A stretch of 64,000 nucleotides of DNA, counting the filler, from Reticulomyxa filosa (taxonomy: Eukaryota > Protista > Foraminifera): NCBI GenBank assembly GCA_000512085.1. It is 19 parts of 19 records of this genome, joined end to end, with 100 filler letters (N's around TTAATTAATTAA, not from the genome) between each part and the next. Parts side by side here need not be neighbours in the genome. Positions count along the whole stretch, not along the records: positions 61,554 to 64,000 come from ASPP01012068.1; 18 more parts are not named here. One strand, 5' to 3'. The notes under the pieces are model-generated. The model was not told where the DNA came from, did not search any database, and saw only the letters and a list, made by a program, of their open reading frames with translations. Made by a program: the position numbers and the translations under genes. Below are positions 63,578-64,000 of the stretch, piece by piece; position 1 is the stretch's first letter; each line of letters starts with the position of its first letter.

Positions 63578-63947
63578 GTGCCATTGAATGCACAACTGGA
63601 CAAAGGAGCAGCGCTACTAGACGACTTGACATCCATATTGCGTCTCCGAATAGACATCGACAATGAGTCAGTGCGAGGGTTACAAAAAATATTGAACCGA
63701 ATGGAATCGCAAACGGAGGAGATCGGCACACTTCAAAGTGCAATGGACGCAATCAAAACAGACATCCGAAATGAATACACGTCAAGGTTTACCACTATTT
63801 GTTTATTATTATTTTTGTTTTATTTTATATTTCGAATAACAATAACAAAAAATAATAAAAAGAAACGAGTACGTTAAAGCGTTGAGTGACGACGTGTACA
63901 AGCCGTTGGTACAATTGAGAGCTCACTTTGTTCAAAACAATAGACAA
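63578..63947 (+). CDS. F-BAR (FCH) domain protein, partial
   Basis: LDKGAALLDDLTSILRLRIDIDNESVRGLQKI...EIGTLQSAMDAIKTD...|EYVKALSDDVYKPL follows the F-BAR helix 1-3 pattern. Confidence 0.65.
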
Positions 63948-63961
63948 GTTTGGAAGCGACC

Positions 63962-64000
<39 letters not shown>

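Overview
This is not a continuous locus. It is 19 short contigs of an AT-rich eukaryotic draft genome, joined by 18 identical artificial 100-bp spacers (N44-TTAATTAATTAA-N44), so adjacency across spacers has no biological meaning. The GT-AG introns full of A/T homopolymers and (TA)n, and the recurring paralog families (WD40 genes starting 'MFDTFRSSSKLL', degenerate RING-TRAF proteins), look to me like the foraminiferan Reticulomyxa filosa; that identification is inference, not verified. Recognisable genes: Ras-family last exon, Spinster-like MFS transporter, BBS8/TTC8, a PPR protein with an SMR-like tail, RING/TRAF zinc finger, VPS41, a PLC-type PH protein, RasGEF, a plant-type arginase head-to-head with a DUG3/EgtC-type class II amidotransferase, GPAT3/4, serine carboxypeptidase S10 and an F-BAR protein. 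There are also many intron-retaining pseudogenes (WD40, HSP70, actin). Most interesting observations: (1) a family seen three times on unrelated contigs with a PH-like / ubiquitin-like / ADP-ribosyltransferase (Cys-Ser-Glu variant) / CUE-like architecture; (2) a decayed LTR retrotransposon with a 135-bp TGTAG...CTACA LTR and a tRNA-Lys-type PBS; (3) introns with U-rich 5' ends and A-rich 3' ends in place of a polypyrimidine tract; (4) a candidate PPR-SMR protein; (5) a compositionally foreign ~300-bp coding-like patch. No rRNA, tRNA or CRISPR array was found. All domain calls are by-eye motif recognition; no searches were run.
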